This document shows, in pieces, positions 1 to 9,138 of a DNA stretch of 64,000 nucleotides. The position numbers and the translations under genes were made by a program. Numbering within the stretch: position 1 is the stretch's first letter; each line of letters starts with the position of its first letter. The notes below the pieces were generated by a model. That model had not been told where the DNA came from. It made no database searches and was given only the letters and a program-made list of their open reading frames with translations. The DNA comes from an uncultured Acidobacteriota bacterium (GTDB taxonomy: Bacteria > Acidobacteriota > Vicinamibacteria > Vicinamibacterales > UBA2999): NCBI GenBank assembly GCA_963741665.1, contig CAVUIM010000004.1:1033017-1097016 (forward strand), read 5' to 3'.

Positions 1-19
1 CCTCGTCGCGTGGTTCCAC

Positions 20-664
20 TCACGACGGTGTGCGGGTGCCTGCGGCCTCCGCGATGTCGCGCGCGGTCTCGAGGAGGCCGTGGACCAACACGTGCGCCCC
101 CGAGCCCACACCGAGCGTCCAGTATCGTCGAAACCATGTCCGCGCCTGCTCGTCGGTGGTGGCCGTGCGCATGACGCCGCAGAGGAGCGTGTGGCGTGCG
201 TCGATCGGGCGCACGGACAGCGAGTAGATCGTCTTCGCGTAGCCGGGTTCCGCGAATTCCCGGAACGCGTCCGGTCGCACGGTCGCGAATTCGATCACCG
301 GTCGCCAGAACTTGCCGACCAACCCAAGGGCAATCTCGTCGTTGGGGCGTTCGCCGAGCAGCACCCAGCCGCCCGCACTGGCCGGAATCTCGCCGATGTC
401 GCGCAGCCGCATCCGCGCCGGCGGTGTTGGCGGCGCTTCGCCGTGGAGGAGGTGGCTCACGATGTCTGGCAGCGCGCGCAGGGCGCCCAGGACGCCCACG
501 AGGGGGTGCCGTCGTCCCACGTCGAGCAGATCAACCTGAAGGAGCGCCTCCCATGTGGTCGCAACATCCGCAGCCACGGTGGTCGCCACCGAGTCCGACA
601 CGTCGTAGGCGGGCAGGTACTCGTCGAGCAACATTGCCGCTCCCTGCGAGGCGCGTGGAGTCAT
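20..664 (-). CDS. hypothetical protein, SRPBCC-like fold suspected; paralog of the next gene
   Basis: Part of ORF 20..781. The ATG at 664 overlaps the upstream stop (ATGA). N-terminal motif LDEYLPAYDVSDSVATTV parallels LDEFMPAYDVVERHHIRV of the neighbour, and the two products are collinear. No catalytic motif recognised. Confidence 0.6.
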   Translation of the reverse strand: MTPRASQGAAMLLDEYLPAYDVSDSVATTVAADVATTWEALLQVDLLDVGRRHPLVGVLGALRALPDIVSHLLHGEAPPTPPARMRLRDIGEIPASAGGWVLLGERPNDEIALGLVGKFWRPVIEFATVRPDAFREFAEPGYAKTIYSLSVRPIDARHTLLCGVMRTATTDEQARTWFRRYWTLGVGSGAHVLVHGLLETARDIAEAAGTRTPS

Positions 665-1422
665 GGTGTCGACTCGGCTGCGTCGGAACCCATAGACGCT
701 GGCCCTGCAGCAGGCTTCGACACAGCGCCGGGTCGCGCTCGACGTTCGGCCTCTGCTTTCAACGCAGGGAGCATGGCCCATCGAATCAGGATGATGCCCG
801 GGGACAAGAAGGCCCAGTACCTGCGGAACTTCGCCCGAGCCGCGGCGTCGGTGGCGATCGCCCGGGTTTCCGTGCAGAAGATCGACTCGCCGTCGTTCAC
901 CGGGTCGACGCGCAACGTCCAGGCGATCTTCACCAGGTCGGGCTCCTGAAACGCGGCGAAGTCACCGGGCGAGATCGCCCGAAACACCGGGTTCGCCTGC
1001 CAGGGCTGGGTGACGCCGCCCATGACAATCTCGCGGTCGGGAACGTCGGCGAGTACACCCCACCCGAGCCCCAGCATTTCCGGGACGAGCAGGCGAGGTC
1101 GCGGGCGCAGGTCGGGCGCGCTCCGCAGCAGCAGCTCGCGGGCTTTGAAGATCGCGCGCGTGAGCGGCGGCTGCGTGATGTCCATCTCGCGCGCCGCTGC
1201 CATTGTGACGTGCGCGGGCGCGGCGACTCTGATGTGGTGCCGCTCCACGACGTCGTAGGCCGGCATGAACTCGTCGAGCAGCTCGTCCGTGAGGTGTGGG
1301 TCCACGGCACGGACCTGGCCGTAGCGTCGCCAGGCGACCGCAACATAGGCGGCGTAGGCCCCAGCTGCGAGTCCGACAGCGACAGCCACCGCCCGAGCGG
1401 CCACGCGCGTCCGTGCATGCAT
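661..1422 (-). CDS. hypothetical protein with N-terminal TM anchor, SRPBCC-like fold suspected
   Basis: ORF 661..1506. The internal ATG at 1422 gives MHARTRVAARAVAVAVGLAAGAYAAYVAV (hydrophobic anchor). Paralogous to 20..664. Start is uncertain (1422 or 1506). Confidence 0.6.
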   Translation of the reverse strand: MHARTRVAARAVAVAVGLAAGAYAAYVAVAWRRYGQVRAVDPHLTDELLDEFMPAYDVVERHHIRVAAPAHVTMAAAREMDITQPPLTRAIFKARELLLRSAPDLRPRPRLLVPEMLGLGWGVLADVPDREIVMGGVTQPWQANPVFRAISPGDFAAFQEPDLVKIAWTLRVDPVNDGESIFCTETRAIATDAAARAKFRRYWAFLSPGIILIRWAMLPALKAEAERRARPGAVSKPAAGPASMGSDAAESTP

Positions 1423-1627
1423 ACCCCTCCTCGAAGCAAGATGAGGGCCGCTGCGGGCGGGTGGAGAGGCCAGCGATCTCGACCCATTCGGATGCCTATC
1501 AACCACGTCGCCGCGGAGTGTGCGCGTTTCCGGCGAGGGCTGCGGAAAGTCCCCCGGGCGTGCCGCGCGAACACACGAGCTGCCTCGGCGACGGGGTCAG
1601 GACATCGCCCCCATCCCGAGGCCCCGC

Positions 1628-2779
1628 TCATGCGACCGGCTCGGCGCGGCGCGCGAGCTCCACGAGTTGCTTCCGTTGCATGACGAAGTGCACCGGCCGG
1701 ACCACGAGCGGTGCGGCCCACCTGGGGAGTCCGTGAAAGCGGTACTCGGGCCCGCCGCGGACGCGCACGATGAGCCGCGTACCACCGCGCCCCGGATCGA
1801 GGGCGAACGCCCACGTCATCATCGGCGTCCCGCTCGGAAGCAGCCAGCCGACCACGAGACTCCGCTCTGGGTCGATGCCGAGCACCGTGAAGCCCTTCGT
1901 CTCGCCCGGCAGCGCCGGCATCAACGAGCCGACGTGAATCTCCTGCAAGGCGGCCACCACGTGCGAGGCGCTACGTCGACGGCCGTTGTCGATCCAGTCG
2001 TAGCTGTACCAGCCAGCCCGATCGGCACCCATCTGGACCAGCCACGGCCAGACATCGGCCGGCGGACGATTGATCGTGATGGCGTGCGTGATCGTCGCGA
2101 TCGGGGCGCGAATCAGCTCGTCGCCCGGGAGACGTCGCCCTCGCTCTTCGTCGGTCGCGCATACCGACCGGGACACGCGGGTGTGGAACAGCAGCGTCGC
2201 TCCGGCCACGAACAACATCAGGTCCGGGGTCATCGCGAACAACAGCGCCGCGCTGCCGCCAATCACGGCCCACAGGATGGGCACGACGAGGAGCCCCCAC
2301 GGCACCCGCGGCGTGGCCGCGAAGAGGAGCCCGGCGGTGAAGAGTGCTGTCGGGCACGGCACGCCAAAGGCAGGCGCGCGAGGGAGGGTGTGTCCCGCCA
2401 GCACAACGAGCCCCGGATAGAGCAACGCGTAGCCGAGGAACACCGCCGCGGCGTGACAACGGAGCGTGTGTTGCCACACGAACGCCGATCGTCCACGTCG
2501 GACTGCCCACCACATGAACCCGATGGCCTGCATCACGAAGCCTGCCGCGAACACCCACGCCGCGGGGTTGATGCGTGTGAAGAAGACGGCGTGATAGGCG
2601 ATGCCACTCCACGCCCAGTGCACGGACGCAAGGATCCAGACCACATCGGACCGCGCCCGTCCCCGCACGAGCTGAATGCCGACCGCCAGAGTTGCCAGCC
2701 AGAGCGCGACGAGCACGGGCCAGAGCGCCGTGTTGAAGGCGCCAAAGAGGTCGAGGAACTGCGTGTCGGTGAAGGGCAT
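1628..2779 (-). CDS. fusion protein: N-terminal polytopic membrane domain plus C-terminal SRPBCC (polyketide cyclase/START-like) domain
   Basis: ORF 1628..2797, likely start MPFTD at 2779. About 6 hydrophobic helices in the first ~210 aa. The C-terminus has ITINRPPADVWPWLVQMGADRAGWYSYDWIDNG, typical of SRPBCC ligand-binding domains. Confidence 0.65.
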   Translation of the reverse strand: MPFTDTQFLDLFGAFNTALWPVLVALWLATLAVGIQLVRGRARSDVVWILASVHWAWSGIAYHAVFFTRINPAAWVFAAGFVMQAIGFMWWAVRRGRSAFVWQHTLRCHAAAVFLGYALLYPGLVVLAGHTLPRAPAFGVPCPTALFTAGLLFAATPRVPWGLLVVPILWAVIGGSAALLFAMTPDLMLFVAGATLLFHTRVSRSVCATDEERGRRLPGDELIRAPIATITHAITINRPPADVWPWLVQMGADRAGWYSYDWIDNGRRRSASHVVAALQEIHVGSLMPALPGETKGFTVLGIDPERSLVVGWLLPSGTPMMTWAFALDPGRGGTRLIVRVRGGPEYRFHGLPRWAAPLVVRPVHFVMQRKQLVELARRAEPVA

Positions 2780-2936
2780 CACTCTCTGTGGGCACATCGC
2801 CCGTTCCCGATGCCGGTCGTGCGGCCGTTCGGGACGTCAGTCGAACCCATGCGGTCGCGCGAACGCGATCGCGAGCTGACACTGATGATGAGGCCTGCCA
2901 CCAGTCTCGCGGCCAGCACACGCCGGCCATCAATTC

Positions 2937-3896
2937 TCACGGGTGCCTCCGTTCTCCATCGCCTGGGCCGTTCCTGACGTCCACGCGCGACGGCGTGACG
3001 AGACGCGCTTCCAGCCAGCGGACCAGCGACTCGACGGTTGTTTCGACGGCGGTCGATCCGTGGCCGCCGTCGGGCGCGACGACCTTGGTCGAACCTGTCA
3101 CTGCGGCGCGAGCCAACAGTTCGTCGTTGCCGGCCGGATCGATGAGCGCATCGTGCGCCCCCTCGATGATGAGGACGGGCACCGTGAGTGCGGCGACGTT
3201 CTCGGGAAGACGAACCATCAGGCGCTTCTGCGCGAGCAGCATCCGCATACTGAAGTACCGCACCACCACGGGATCCCGCTGCATCGCGATGGCGTCCTCG
3301 CGGTCGGGCCCGAAGGCCACGTCGAACGGCCGGCTGTTCATGTCGACGACGGGTGCCGACGGTCGAACCAGCAGGTGCGCCGCGTACGCCACGTACTGAC
3401 GCCACGACGGCGTCATGTCCTTCGCGTCTCGCAGCCGATACGCCGCATTGACCAGCACGACGCCGGCCAGCCCCGGTGTCCCTGTTGCCGCGATGTCTGC
3501 CGCTACGGCCGCGCCGGCGCTGTGCCCCACCAGGAAGACTGGAAGGCCGGAAAAGCGGCGTTCGATCTCAATGCCAAAGCGGCGGTAGTCTCCCAGCCAC
3601 GCCCGGTCGTCCGTGATGTCTCCCCGCACACCCGGTGAGTGGCCGGTGCCGCGCGCATGCATGAGCGTCACCACGAAGCCGCCGTCGAGGAGGGCCTGCG
3701 TCAGGCGCGGGTACGGAATGGCCGCGCCACATTCCGGCCCGAGCACGTACCAGACGAGACCGCGCGGATCCAAGGGGCGCAACCACCGCGAGTACAGCCG
3801 CTGCCCATCGTCGCCGGCGATCCAGTCGGCGCCGGGGCCAGGTTGAAGGCGTACCGCCGTCTCGTTCCGCGGCATGCCTACGTCTGCTGGGCACAT
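2937..3896 (-). CDS. alpha/beta hydrolase (lysophospholipase/monoacylglycerol-lipase-like)
   Basis: 319 aa ORF. Nucleophile elbow GHSAG (VGHSAGAAV); HARGTGHS upstream; C-terminal GGHG. AGGGG lies 8 nt before the ATG at 3896; alternative ATG at 3875. Confidence 0.75.
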   Translation of the reverse strand: MCPADVGMPRNETAVRLQPGPGADWIAGDDGQRLYSRWLRPLDPRGLVWYVLGPECGAAIPYPRLTQALLDGGFVVTLMHARGTGHSPGVRGDITDDRAWLGDYRRFGIEIERRFSGLPVFLVGHSAGAAVAADIAATGTPGLAGVVLVNAAYRLRDAKDMTPSWRQYVAYAAHLLVRPSAPVVDMNSRPFDVAFGPDREDAIAMQRDPVVVRYFSMRMLLAQKRLMVRLPENVAALTVPVLIIEGAHDALIDPAGNDELLARAAVTGSTKVVAPDGGHGSTAVETTVESLVRWLEARLVTPSRVDVRNGPGDGERRHP

Positions 3897-4900
3897 CGCG
3901 TCACCCCTGAGGCCGGCGTGGTCACGTCGTGGTGAGGGTGGGGCAACGGCCGTGACGCCGCTTCGTCTTCCAACGTCTCGGACGCCGCCGCGGCCCCGTC
4001 GGCCATCACGGATCGATCAGCGGTCAGCGGCTCCGTCAAGAACGTCAGCACCCGGGCATCCACGATGTCGTGTCGGCTGGCGTACATTTCATGACGGCAT
4101 CCGGGCACGAGCGCCCCGTCGCACACAGGCATCAGCCGACGCGCCCGCTCCAGCGCTCGTACCGGATCGGAGATGACTTCGTGGTCGCCGATGAGCAGCA
4201 GCGTCGGGACCGTAATCGCGCGCAGCGCGTCATCCGAGAGGGCGGTGGGCGCGATGCGCGCCGTTGCCAGTGGCATGCGGAACTGCGTCAACCCGAGATA
4301 GACGATGTCGAGGAGACCGGTATACGGTGGCATCGTGAACCCGAGCCACCGAAAGAAGGCGTTCACCGTCAGACGCCGAGGGAGTGCCACCATCAGCATG
4401 CCGCGGAGGGTGAACTGCCTGACCATGGGCAGCAGACCACTTGGCGAGAGCAGGATGAGCGTGCGAACACGCTGCGGAACCGCGGCGGCGTAGTTGAGTG
4501 CGAGCCAACCTCCAAAGGACATGCCGACGAGGTCCACGCGATCGAGGTGCAGGGCACCCAGCGTGTCCGTTAGCCACGACCCGTAATCCGCGGCACTCCG
4601 GATCGGCTCGTCAGGACGGCTCTTGCCCGGTTGTCCCATGACATCGACGGCGTACACCCGATGGCCCTGGCTCAATGCCGCGATGTTGGGCCACCACATC
4701 GTCAGTGTCGCGAGATACCCATGCAACAGCAGCAGCGGCGGCGCGGTCTCCGGCCCGCAGATGACGACGTGTGTCGTCCCGAAGTGACCGTGCACGTCGA
4801 CCTGTTCATACGGAACAGGCCACCGCCGCAGTTCGTGGTCATAGGCCGCCAGGAATCGGGTTTCACCCGCGGGCGTCTTGAACGGCGATGGACCAGACAT
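3878..4900 (-). CDS. alpha/beta hydrolase
   Basis: ORF 3878..5122. The ATG at 4900 is preceded by GGGAGA 7 nt upstream. HG oxyanion motif LLLLHGY and nucleophile elbow GMSFGG. An alternative ATG at 4981 forms an ATGA overlap with the upstream gene. Confidence 0.75.
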   Translation of the reverse strand: MSGPSPFKTPAGETRFLAAYDHELRRWPVPYEQVDVHGHFGTTHVVICGPETAPPLLLLHGYLATLTMWWPNIAALSQGHRVYAVDVMGQPGKSRPDEPIRSAADYGSWLTDTLGALHLDRVDLVGMSFGGWLALNYAAAVPQRVRTLILLSPSGLLPMVRQFTLRGMLMVALPRRLTVNAFFRWLGFTMPPYTGLLDIVYLGLTQFRMPLATARIAPTALSDDALRAITVPTLLLIGDHEVISDPVRALERARRLMPVCDGALVPGCRHEMYASRHDIVDARVLTFLTEPLTADRSVMADGAAAASETLEDEAASRPLPHPHHDVTTPASGVTRCAQQT

Positions 4901-4977
4901 CGTCTGTCTCCCTGTCGACGACACGGCCGGCCGATTGGCGTGGCCCTGTTCGCCACGACGCACATCCGGGCCGCGGT

Positions 4978-5844
4978 TCATGGCGCGTAGGTGAACGCAA
5001 TCTCGGTGGTATGCCCACGCCAATACGGCTTCGCGCCGTCTGGTACCAGCCACGACACCTCGCCATCCATGGGCACCCGAATGCCGTCGTGCTCCTCGTA
5101 GTTCCAGAAGCGCCCGTGCCACGGCGCGCGCACGAGGGTGCCACCCACCATGCGGGCCCGCGCGTCGGCGCCGACCGTGTCGATCGGTCCGTCCGGGAGG
5201 AACGTGAACCGCAGCGTAACCGACAGCGCCTCGTCGACCAAAGTCGCGGATGCGGAGCGGTTGTCAATGGCTGACCACCGCACGCCGTGGCTTGGCAGCA
5301 AGGCGCTGGGATACCAGGCGGCCTCAGCGAGGAATCGCAGCAGCTCGCCCTGCGCAATCTCACCGCCCCCGCGCAAGTTGGCGAGCGTCACCGCGCCGAG
5401 CAGTGACGCGTGCAAGAGGCCCTCGCCGGCCACGTACGCGTCGTGGACATGGACCGGGACGCCGGGGAACATCTGGATTCGGCCGTCCCAGTCGAATCCA
5501 GGGCGCCGGATCACGACCTGTTGATCCGACGTGAACGCCTTCCACTGTTCGGCGGTCTCGGACATGTTGAACGTGCCGCGATGACGCAGATGCACGCGCG
5601 TGATGAGCGGCTGACCCTCCCTCAGCACACTGCGGAAGAAGCGTTGGACGGGCACCGGCAACCCGGGGAGCTCGCCGAAGTCCACCGTCCGCGATCCGAG
5701 TGGCACACGAGCGGCGTCCAACCCGGCACGCAGGGTCTGGGTGCCAGCCGCCCACCGCGCCTGACCGTAGGTCCTCGCCGCGATGAACGCGACGACGGCC
5801 ACGGCCACGATGATCAACACGACCTGCAGCATCGGGCGCCTCAT
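4978..5844 (-). CDS. hypothetical membrane-anchored protein
   Basis: ORF 4978..5871. MRRPMLQVVLIIVAVAVVAFIAA is an N-terminal anchor or signal. No motif I can assign; needs an HMM search. Confidence 0.65.
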   Translation of the reverse strand: MRRPMLQVVLIIVAVAVVAFIAARTYGQARWAAGTQTLRAGLDAARVPLGSRTVDFGELPGLPVPVQRFFRSVLREGQPLITRVHLRHRGTFNMSETAEQWKAFTSDQQVVIRRPGFDWDGRIQMFPGVPVHVHDAYVAGEGLLHASLLGAVTLANLRGGGEIAQGELLRFLAEAAWYPSALLPSHGVRWSAIDNRSASATLVDEALSVTLRFTFLPDGPIDTVGADARARMVGGTLVRAPWHGRFWNYEEHDGIRVPMDGEVSWLVPDGAKPYWRGHTTEIAFTYAP

Positions 5845-5917
5845 GTGCACGGAACCTCGACCCGTTCGCACGCGATCATGACGTGTCAGGCGTGGGCCTC
5901 CGACCCGGACGGCGGGC

Positions 5918-6655
5918 CTACCTCACCATGCCGATCGGTACCGGGGCACTCCGCAATAGACCCGCGCCGTACGGGACCATCGCTCCGGCCATCCCGACGG
6001 CGGCCATGAGGTTAATGATCTCGGCCCCATCGGGAAATCCCACGAGCGCCACGCTGATCAGCAGAAGGCCCACCTGCCAGCCAGGGAGCACACTCGCCCT
6101 CCACAGGCCGACCGTCTGGATGATGACGCCGATCGGCATGAGCAGCAGTCCCCAGACCAGTCCCATCCAGCCCTTGAACGAGAAGATCGCGACGAGGCCA
6201 GGCAGCATCGGCGCGAACTGCGGGTCGGGGATCGTGTCGAGGGCGCTCATCGTGAGGCAGAGCGCGCCTTTGTCCGCCGCCAGCAGACACGCGCCCACGA
6301 CGGCGCACGCGGCCCCGACGAGGCCGGCCCACGCCGCCGTCGTCCCCTCGAGGCGCTTCATGAAGTGCAGGGCGATCACCACGAGGAGCGCGGTGTTCAG
6401 CGTCACCAGGGCGTGGGCGAACTGCAACAGGCCGTTGCCGTGGGCGCGCTGGATCAGTGCCTCAGGGCCGAGTACGAGTCGAGGTTCCAGCAACTGCGGG
6501 TGCACGGCGAATGCAAGGACCCAGATCATCGGGAAGGCCATGAAGCACACGCCCGTACCCACCCGCTTGACACGACCCAGTGCCTCGGAGTCCCCCGGGG
6601 CCAGCCCTCCTGCTACCGGGCCAGCCACGAGGACGCGCCGCATGCTAATGGCCAT
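5918..6655 (-). CDS. polytopic membrane protein of unknown function
   Basis: 245 aa ORF with ~6 hydrophobic segments. Coding-like third-position GC. Confidence 0.6.
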   Translation of the reverse strand: MAISMRRVLVAGPVAGGLAPGDSEALGRVKRVGTGVCFMAFPMIWVLAFAVHPQLLEPRLVLGPEALIQRAHGNGLLQFAHALVTLNTALLVVIALHFMKRLEGTTAAWAGLVGAACAVVGACLLAADKGALCLTMSALDTIPDPQFAPMLPGLVAIFSFKGWMGLVWGLLLMPIGVIIQTVGLWRASVLPGWQVGLLLISVALVGFPDGAEIINLMAAVGMAGAMVPYGAGLLRSAPVPIGMVR

Positions 6656-6674
6656 ACACCCGCTCCGCGGTTGT

Positions 6675-7262
6675 TCAGAAGTTCATGCCGACGGCGAGGC
6701 CGACACGATGAGGGCCAGCGTCGAGCGCCAGACTCACGCGGCGTTCACTCAGCCCGCGGTTGTACTCGTGGGCTTCGTGGCGCGCGTTCAGAATGTTCCA
6801 GATGTACAGGCTCGCCCCGACGGCGGCACCCGCGATCACCCCGGCTTTGCGACCATCGCTGAGGCGCTTGAAGGCTGCGTCCTGGAACTTCCGGTCTTGC
6901 CAGTTCTGCGCTTCCATGGTGCTGATGAGTCCGTCGCCGTTCCCGCCATATCGGACCACGTCGTAGTCGGCCAGCGCGAGATCGGCGGGCTTGTACGCCG
7001 CATAGGCTCCGCCGAAGGCCCCGAGCACGGACGCCATGAACAGGACACCGCGTGTCTTGTGTCCCGTGTAGATCTGACCGAGACCGGGCAATGTCGCTGA
7101 CAGGTACATCGCGACGACAGGGTCCTTTGGCACCTGCACCGCCCCTGGGGCACTGACCTTCGCCGAACGCTCTGTCGCCGGGTCGGCCGCCGCCTGCGCG
7201 TACACGCTCGATGCGACGCCCAGCGCCGCGGCGAAACACACACCTCTCACGATGGTTCTCAT
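6675..7262 (-). CDS. signal-peptide protein of unknown function with internal hydrophobic segments
   Basis: ORF 6675..7295, likely start MRTIVRGVCFAAALGVASSVYAQAA (signal peptide, AQA cleavage-like). Gly/Ala-rich TM-like segments. C-terminal residue is F. Confidence 0.6.
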   Translation of the reverse strand: MRTIVRGVCFAAALGVASSVYAQAAADPATERSAKVSAPGAVQVPKDPVVAMYLSATLPGLGQIYTGHKTRGVLFMASVLGAFGGAYAAYKPADLALADYDVVRYGGNGDGLISTMEAQNWQDRKFQDAAFKRLSDGRKAGVIAGAAVGASLYIWNILNARHEAHEYNRGLSERRVSLALDAGPHRVGLAVGMNF

Positions 7263-7484
7263 AGTGACCTCACTGCCTGAAAACGTCTGCAACACTCAGA
7301 CCGATGGTCCGTGGCCGCCCCGCGTGCCAAGCGCGGCCCGATTTGTGCTCCGTGATGTTCAACGGCATGCTGCGCGTGAATGACACGGCAGGACGGCGGG
7401 GACCGCGCGGACTATTCCGCGGTCGTGCCGGATTTTCGGCACCGCCCTGCACGCGACCAACGAGACAGGAACGCGACGCCGATC

Positions 7485-7646
7485 ACGCGGGAGGCGGACG
7501 GACTCGCGCTGCTCAAGGATGTGATCGAGCAAGGGCACTTGCGGGCGGTCATCGATCGGCGCTACCCGCTCGACGACATCGTCGACGCGCATCGCTACGT
7601 GGATCAGGGACACAAGAAGGGCAGCGTCGCGGTGACTGTCCCCTGA
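7485..7646 (+). pseudogene. 5'-truncated remnant of a zinc-type/MDR quinone oxidoreductase (C-terminal ~50 aa only)
   Basis: The tail of ORF 7380..7646 reads LLKDVIEQGHLRAVIDRRYPLDDIVDAHRYVDQGHKKGSVAVTV, the characteristic C-terminus of MDR NADPH:quinone reductases. No N-terminal Rossmann or GroES-like part in any frame upstream. Confidence 0.45.
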
Positions 7647-7708
7647 GCCGCGGCACCAGACGGGTGTGCTGCCCATCGCCCGGGTGAAGTCTTGGTGGTG
7701 AATCGGAC

Positions 7709-8395
7709 ATGACAGACGCCGCTCTCCGCAAGCTCACCGGACTGGCCGCCCTGGCTTCTGTGGGCGTGTGGCTGGCGATCTTCCCGCTCTATACGATGGC
7801 CGACCCGGCCGTGTCGCTCTACAACGGTGCGTCCATCGCCGAAGACCTCTTTCGCCTCCGACACATCGTCTTCACGCGAATCCTGCTCGGGCTCGTCTTG
7901 TACATCACGCTGATGATCTTCGCGGTCGGCTTGCGGGAGCTCGTTCGACGCGCCAGCCCCACCCAAGAGTGGCTGGGCACCCTGAGCTTTGGGGCCATGG
8001 CCGTCTGGGTGGGCGTGACGCTCGTGGCGAATGGGCTCGAAGGTGGTGCAGCGCTCGATGCGCGCGGCGGACATGGCGATCCCGCAGTGGCCCGAGCGCT
8101 CACGATGGGTTATCTGCTCATCTACAACAGCTCCATCGCGTTCGTCATGACGGCGTTCTACATGGGCACCGCCGCCTACGCGACGCTCGCCACAGGGATC
8201 CTGCCGCGTTGGACGGGCTGGCTCGCGTGGGTGAGCGTGGTCCTCTGCGTGCTCGCGATTCCTACGATGTATGTCGGACCAGTCGATCCTGCGGGCTTCT
8301 ACAACACCGGGGGCTGGGGTGCGGCGCTCATCGCCAACGTCCCGCCGCTGCTGTGGTTCCTGGCCGTCGGCGTCACGCTCGTGCGCCGGAGTTGA
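7709..8395 (+). CDS. polytopic membrane protein of unknown function
   Basis: 228 aa ORF with ~6 TM segments and an ATG start. Confidence 0.65.
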   Translation: MTDAALRKLTGLAALASVGVWLAIFPLYTMADPAVSLYNGASIAEDLFRLRHIVFTRILLGLVLYITLMIFAVGLRELVRRASPTQEWLGTLSFGAMAVWVGVTLVANGLEGGAALDARGGHGDPAVARALTMGYLLIYNSSIAFVMTAFYMGTAAYATLATGILPRWTGWLAWVSVVLCVLAIPTMYVGPVDPAGFYNTGGWGAALIANVPPLLWFLAVGVTLVRRS

Positions 8396-8909
8396 TTCCC
8401 TCGCCGCCCATGCACGGCGTCCAGCGCGGATGACCGAGGGCCACCACGGCGTTCAGCGTCGCGAAGCTTCGTCCGGAGTGGTCCGCACACCGGCCGGTAG
8501 CGATGGCGCCGTGTAGACCAAGCACAGCGAAGCGATGTGGACCATCCGAGCGCGGAGCGATCTCGCGTGACGGTCAGCGCCCAGGCGGCGCAAGAGATCG
8601 AACGCGTCGAGCAGCGGTCTGAGAGGCCAGTGCCGCCTACTCGTGGTTGCCCTGCGCGACGGCTCTCGGGCGGCGCCTGTCGCGCGGTCGGCGAACCGAT
8701 GCGAGCCGCTCTCGCCTCTCCGTCGCCGGCGGTGGGGCGACCGTAAGTGATCCCGGCACATTCAGAGGTCTGACACAGTTTTCGAAGAAACGGCCGCCCG
8801 CGTTCCCTTCAACTCGTTACCGATGAAAGAGTTGCGGATACAAGATGCGTATCGGATCGGCGTGTGTAATAATCTTCGTCCGACCGCTCGCAAGTTGTTG
8901 ATTCTAAAC

Positions 8910-8999
8910 GGAGAGATGTCCGAGTGGTTGAAGGAGCACGCTTGGAAAGCGTGTGTACGGGAAACCGTACCGTGGGTTCGAATCCCACTCTCTCCGCCA
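8910..8999 (+). tRNA. tRNA-Ser (anticodon GGA), class II with long variable arm, CCA encoded
   Basis: Folded by hand. Acceptor GGAGAGA/TCTCTCC. Anticodon stem CACGC/GCGTG with loop TTGGAAA (anticodon GGA). Variable arm GTACGG-GAAA-CCGTAC. T-arm GTGGG-TTCGAAT-CCCAC. Discriminator G plus CCA. Confidence 0.93.
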
Positions 9000-9138
9000 C
9001 TCCTCACTCGCTGCGCTCGCTCGATGGCGGCTCGAGTGGTCCTCAGGCACACCGCGACGCGCCTTCGGCGCCTCGCGAGTGGGAACGAATCCCAGCTCGC
9101 TCAGATCATCCTCTGGCCTTGGCCTCGTCTGCCTGGTT

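Noticed and set aside
8396-8909. Search for an integrase, excisionase or prophage boundary next to tRNA-Ser
   Set aside because: No ORF in any frame shows tyrosine or serine recombinase motifs, and no direct repeat of the tRNA 3' end was seen in the window.
8910-8999. Possibility that the only tRNA in the window is tRNA-Sec serving the fdnG UGA
   Set aside because: The anticodon loop TTGGAAA gives GGA (Ser), not TCA. The acceptor stem is 7 bp, and the architecture is an ordinary class II tRNA-Ser.
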